Positions 59,984-64,000 of a stretch of 64,000 nt of DNA are shown here, in pieces. A program made the position numbers and the translations under genes. The first letter of the stretch is position 1; each line of letters starts with the position of its first letter. Where the stretch lies: assembly GCF_028368995.1 (NCBI RefSeq), contig NZ_JAQNDL010000001.1, forward strand, positions 1,952,001 through 2,016,000, given 5' to 3'. The notes under the pieces are model-generated. The model was not told the origin of the DNA. It worked only from the letters and a program-made list of their open reading frames with translations, and searched no databases. The stretch comes from Nannocystis bainbridge. GTDB taxonomy: Bacteria > Myxococcota_A > Polyangia > Nannocystales > Nannocystaceae.

Positions 59984-60928
59984 TCACACGCCCTCGCAGA
60001 TCTTCGTCGTGCCGTCGAACACCTGCGCGTTCATGCAGACATCGACCGTCGAGCAGCCGCACGAGCCCTCGAAGCACGTGTCGGAGTACTGCGTGCCGGC
60101 GCAGTCGGAGTCCTGGCCGCAGCCGCAGACGCCGTTGTTGCAGACCGCGTAGCCCGGGATGCCCGCGCCGGAGCAGTCCGCGTCGCTGCCGCACTCGCAA
60201 CGACCGGAGCCGGTGTTGCACACCGGGTGGCCGCCCTGCGCCGGGCAGTCGGTGTTGGCCTCGCACGGGTCGAAGCAGGCCTCGTTCTCGCACTTGGCGC
60301 CGGTCTTGCCGCAGACCGCGACCTCCGCCCCGCCCTCGATCGGCGTGGCCATGATCTGCTCCTGCGTCAGCGTCTCGCACATGATGAAGTCGCTCGGCAC
60401 GATGGCGCACTTGCCGACGCCCTCGCCGATGTCGACGCAGGCGTAGCCCATCATGCAGTCGGCCTGCGCCGCGCAGTCGAGCACCCACCCGCTGATGGTC
60501 GCGTTGCACTGCGTGTCGGTCGAGCACTTGAACGAGTCGTTGACGCAGCGCTCGTTCTGGCAGGTGTAGCCCTGGTCGAGGCCCATCAGCTTGCAGTCGT
60601 CGTCGCCCGCGCAGGCCTCCTGGCAGAACTGACCGTTGCCGCCCGCCGTCGGGTCTTCGGTCGTCGGGCCCGCGGTCGTCGGCACCGTCTCGGTGTCGGT
60701 GCCGGCAGTTCCGTCGGTGCCGGCAGTTCCGTCGGTGCCCGCGGTCGCGTCGGTGCCCGCGGTCGCGTCGGTGCCCTGGGTGCCCTGGGTGCCCTGGGTG
60801 CCGGCGGTCGAATCGGTGGCGACGCCGGAGGTCTCCGTATCGCCGCCCTTGTCGTCACCGCAGCCGGCAGCGAGCATGGCCACGAACAGGGAAATCACCG
60901 GCGTCTTCACAAGAAATGAGAGTTGCAT
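59984..60928 (-). CDS. Cys-rich repeat lipoprotein
   Basis: LAAGC lipobox, TxG linker repeats, multiple CxxDxDC...C....C modules. Confidence 0.8.
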   Translation of the reverse strand: MQLSFLVKTPVISLFVAMLAAGCGDDKGGDTETSGVATDSTAGTQGTQGTQGTDATAGTDATAGTDGTAGTDGTAGTDTETVPTTAGPTTEDPTAGGNGQFCQEACAGDDDCKLMGLDQGYTCQNERCVNDSFKCSTDTQCNATISGWVLDCAAQADCMMGYACVDIGEGVGKCAIVPSDFIMCETLTQEQIMATPIEGGAEVAVCGKTGAKCENEACFDPCEANTDCPAQGGHPVCNTGSGRCECGSDADCSGAGIPGYAVCNNGVCGCGQDSDCAGTQYSDTCFEGSCGCSTVDVCMNAQVFDGTTKICEGV

Positions 60929-61389
60929 GGCCGCGAGGGTACATCACGTGCCCGCCGCCGGCCACGGGCGGGATCGCAATGTGCGATGTGTTCTTTGAGA
61001 CATATAGAACACGTTTCCCCGGCGGCCGGCGTTTGCATGATTTTTTCGTGCGGCCGTGAATATTGCCTGCCAGCGCCGAGCTTCGCCGCCACGGCGCGCC
61101 TCGTCGAACGCGCAGCGGGCTCGACCATGATGTTGCGAGCGCGAGCGCAACCACGAACAGGGCTGGTGTGGCGCAATGCGAGCTATCCTGTGAATGCACG
61201 CTGCTCGCTGTTTGCGGGCGTTACCGCGGTTTCAGCAGGATCTGCGATTTGCCGGCTTGCGCGATCCGCCGGCGCGGACGAGCGACCGCGACGATTGTCC
61301 GTGCGCGCAGGTGCCCGCCTCCCGCGCACGCTCGCGCGCCAGCGGTCCCGTCATTCTCGCGACGCTCGTCGCTCGCCCGGCGCTCGCTC

Positions 61390-61839
61390 TCACATCGCCG
61401 CCACCGCGTCATGGAAGCGCTCGAGCACCAGCCCGAACAAGAACCACACCGGCATGTAATCGAAGCGGATGAGGCCGTGGAGGTGATAGCGCGAATAGCT
61501 GTAGTCCCACGGGCAGCGCCCGGTCAATCGACAGAGCGCCGCCCCGGCCACGTATTCGACGACGAAGATCAGCACCATCCACAGCGCCCCGCGCCCGAGC
61601 CACGGCCAGCCGCGGATCGCCTCGTGGATCGGCTCGAACAGCAGCCCGCCCGCCCCGTACAGCGGGAACATCCACACATACGTGTGACCGAGCAGCCGCA
61701 GCCGCTGCTCCCGGCTCAGCTTCAGCTGCCCCGAATCGCCGCCCAAATCGCCGCGCACGCCGGTGACGAGCGCGTACGACGCCGTCCACAGGATCTCCAT
61801 GCACCAGCCGAACGCGCCGTACACGACAAGACGGACCAT
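61390..61839 (-). CDS. CmpB/TMEM229 (DUF1113)-like membrane protein
   Basis: YGAFGWCME, WMFPLYG, EYVAG and CPWDYS...GLIRFDY, GAGGAG RBS. Confidence 0.8.
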   Translation of the reverse strand: MVRLVVYGAFGWCMEILWTASYALVTGVRGDLGGDSGQLKLSREQRLRLLGHTYVWMFPLYGAGGLLFEPIHEAIRGWPWLGRGALWMVLIFVVEYVAGAALCRLTGRCPWDYSYSRYHLHGLIRFDYMPVWFLFGLVLERFHDAVAAM

Positions 61840-62090
61840 GAACTCCTCGCACACGCCCGGCCAGACATGACGGCGACCCGCCCCCGCGCAAGCGGCCGCG
61901 CCGGTTTGCCCGCGCCGCGCGGCCCCGCGTTCGACCGGCGCGCCAACGCCAGCGCGGCCGCTCGCCGGCGGCCTCGTGGACCTCGGCGCCGCGCAGCCGG
62001 CGACGGCGCGCCAGCCGGCCGTGACGGCTGCCGGCTGCTCGCCGGGCGCAAGCCCCGGCGCCGCGCGAGCGGTCGCCCGCTCTCATGACA

Positions 62091-62132
62091 TTCCCCTTCG
62101 GGCATGCCTGAAGCAGCATGTCCCAAGGGACA
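62091..62132. repeat. Three abutting 14-bp units
   Basis: TTCCCCTTCGGGCA, TGCCTGAAGCAGCA, TGTCCCAAGGGACA. Confidence 0.75.
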
Positions 62133-62252
62133 TTCGCAAGCCCGGCCCGGGCGCGCCCAGCATTGTGGCCGCGCCTGGACCGAGGTCATCCTTATATTCG
62201 CCCGCCCGCCGAGCGGCCGTCGACCTGCATCGGGATCTCTGAAACTCGCCGC

Positions 62253-63767
62253 TCAGATCGCCGCTGGCAGGTCCCAGCTCTGGACCATCCCCTCCTGCGC
62301 TTGCAGCAGCTTCGCCGGCACGTAGTAAAGCTTGCCGCTCGGGCTCACCGCCACCCGGCCCACGTCCGGCATCATCGCGAACACCTCGAACACCCCGGTG
62401 AACGGCTCGATCGCCAGCACCTCGAGCGACGACATCGAGGCGTACACCAGTCCCGTGAACGAATCGTGGCTCAGCCCGGTCACGTGCGCACCCAGCTCGG
62501 TGACCGGCTCCGACAGCTGCGTCACCACGTTGTAGCGGAACAGCGCCCCGCCCTCGACCGCCACCAGCAGGTGCGCCGGGCTCACCGGCGCCGACGCCGT
62601 CACGCGCGCCGGGAAGTTGTGCACCACCGCCACCGTCGCCTGCTCGAGATCGGCCGTGTTGTACTCACCGTTCGCCGTGCTGTTGCCGACGTACAGCACC
62701 CGGTCCTCGCCCCACGTCAGCCCTTGCGGTCCCGCGTCGGCGACCGGCGCCATGAACGGCCCGCCCCCCATCGTCTCGGTCGCGGGGATGACGATCGGCA
62801 GCGGATTTATCGCGTCGTCCTCGACCAGGCGGGCGACGCCCTGGATGATGTCGCCGAAGCAGCCGCCGATGCACGTGTACGTGATCGCCACCTCGCCCAG
62901 CCCCTCGACCGGCTGCGGCGGCGGCACCGGCCCCGCGGCCACCGGCGGCACCTCGGTCAGCTGCGGGATCGTCAACCGCCGCAGCACCTTCACCTCGCCC
63001 ATGTCGAGGTTCGACACACCTGGCCATTCGGTCAGCTCGCCGTCCGGCCGCAGGCGCCGCAGATAGTCGGTCCCGCTGCGCAGCGTCACCATCCACGCGG
63101 TGCAGTCGTCGGCGAAATCGATGCCGATGATCTTCTCCGCGAACGGCCCGTTCAGCTGCTCGAGGCTCGGGTCCTGGCACTCCACCGGGCGGTCGCACGC
63201 GCACGCGGAGCCCCAGCACGCGCCGTCGCTCGTGCACGCCACTCCGGCGCACGGCGCCACCGGCACGCACGCGCCCTGGCCGTCGCACGCGCTGCCGGGG
63301 CCGCACTCGCGGTCGCCGCACGCCTCGCTCGCGCCGGCCAGCGTGCACGCGTCCGCGGGCGCGTGACAGCTGCCGGAGATGAAGTCACAGACCTGTCCCT
63401 CGGGACATGGATCGGGGCTCTGGCCCTGACACAGGGTCACGCACTGGTCGTCGACGCACTGCTGATTGGGCTCGCTGCAGGCCCCGCAGCCGGCCGGCGT
63501 GGTGGTGGCCGTCGCGCTGTCGGAGGTCGGCCCCGTCGTGCTCGAGGTCGAGGCCGCGGCGCTATCCGAGTCACCCTCGCTGGTGGTCGTCGGCGCCGTC
63601 GCCCCGGTGTCCGTGGTCGTCGCAGTCACCTCGCTCGCGCCGCTCGTCGGCGTCGTCGTCGGACCCGTCGTCTGCGTCGCCGACCCCGAATCGGCGCGCC
63701 CGTCGTCGCCGCAACCCGCCACGCCCGCGCAACCAATCAACCCGCCCAGAACCCATCGCTGCATCAT
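62253..63767 (-). CDS. Lipoprotein: Thr linker, Cys-rich region and beta-propeller
   Basis: VAGC lipobox, Cys-rich repeats, GPQGLTWG and VAVSPSGKLY propeller blades. Confidence 0.78.
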   Translation of the reverse strand: MMQRWVLGGLIGCAGVAGCGDDGRADSGSATQTTGPTTTPTSGASEVTATTTDTGATAPTTTSEGDSDSAAASTSSTTGPTSDSATATTTPAGCGACSEPNQQCVDDQCVTLCQGQSPDPCPEGQVCDFISGSCHAPADACTLAGASEACGDRECGPGSACDGQGACVPVAPCAGVACTSDGACWGSACACDRPVECQDPSLEQLNGPFAEKIIGIDFADDCTAWMVTLRSGTDYLRRLRPDGELTEWPGVSNLDMGEVKVLRRLTIPQLTEVPPVAAGPVPPPQPVEGLGEVAITYTCIGGCFGDIIQGVARLVEDDAINPLPIVIPATETMGGGPFMAPVADAGPQGLTWGEDRVLYVGNSTANGEYNTADLEQATVAVVHNFPARVTASAPVSPAHLLVAVEGGALFRYNVVTQLSEPVTELGAHVTGLSHDSFTGLVYASMSSLEVLAIEPFTGVFEVFAMMPDVGRVAVSPSGKLYYVPAKLLQAQEGMVQSWDLPAAI

Positions 63768-64000
63768 CCCGCCGCTCTCCGGCGGCGAAGCTATCACTTC
63801 GCCGCGAGCGACGGCGCGCACCTGCGCTCGCGGACGGGCGCGTCTTTCTTACGGTTCACGGCGCCCTCGCAGCGGCGCTCCAGCCCGTCACCATCAGCAC
63901 GCGCCGACCACCCGTCATCGACCCTGCGATCCTCACCGTCGCGGCCTGCCTACTCGTCACGCTCGCCCCGAGGAGCCGCTCGCGTCCCCGGCGCACCCGG

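Overview
Very GC-rich chromosomal window, most likely from a myxobacterium (Nannocystis-like). This is inferred from the many Thr/Cys-rich lipoproteins, the eukaryote-like kinases and the TonB_C-fused TonB-dependent receptor, not from a database search. Left to right: a BRCT/beta-propeller protein running off the left edge; an IS3-like transposase scar; a structured intergenic region; a 9-gene uptake operon (PstS-like binding protein, OprO/P-like porin, exbB-exbD-tonB, TBDR, lipoproteins); a HEAT-repeat protein; two different peptidoglycan hydrolases sharing a near-identical FG-GAP module; an ECF sigma fused to a transmembrane anti-sigma-like domain; a divergent PcrB/GGGP-synthase-like gene coupled to a HAMP adenylate cyclase; a T6SS auxiliary locus (vgrG, Eag-type chaperone, prePAAR-PAAR effector, putative immunity) bracketed by two tail-anchored pseudokinases carrying arrays of RTE(I/L/M)(F/L) motifs; a CFI-box protein; an active Ser/Thr kinase; REC-degenerate GGDEF, nadK, recN; rplM-rpsI; an RRM protein; hsdM-hsdS with no adjacent hsdR; a Pth2-like gene; and more lipoproteins. 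The strongest unexplained signals are (1) the pseudokinase-bracketed VgrG/PAAR locus and (2) a dispersed 14-bp palindromic unit (TGYCC-N4-RGRCA) that recurs across the window, often as head-to-tail arrays and sometimes inside genes. No tRNA, rRNA or CRISPR array was found. Start codons were chosen by eye and may be off.
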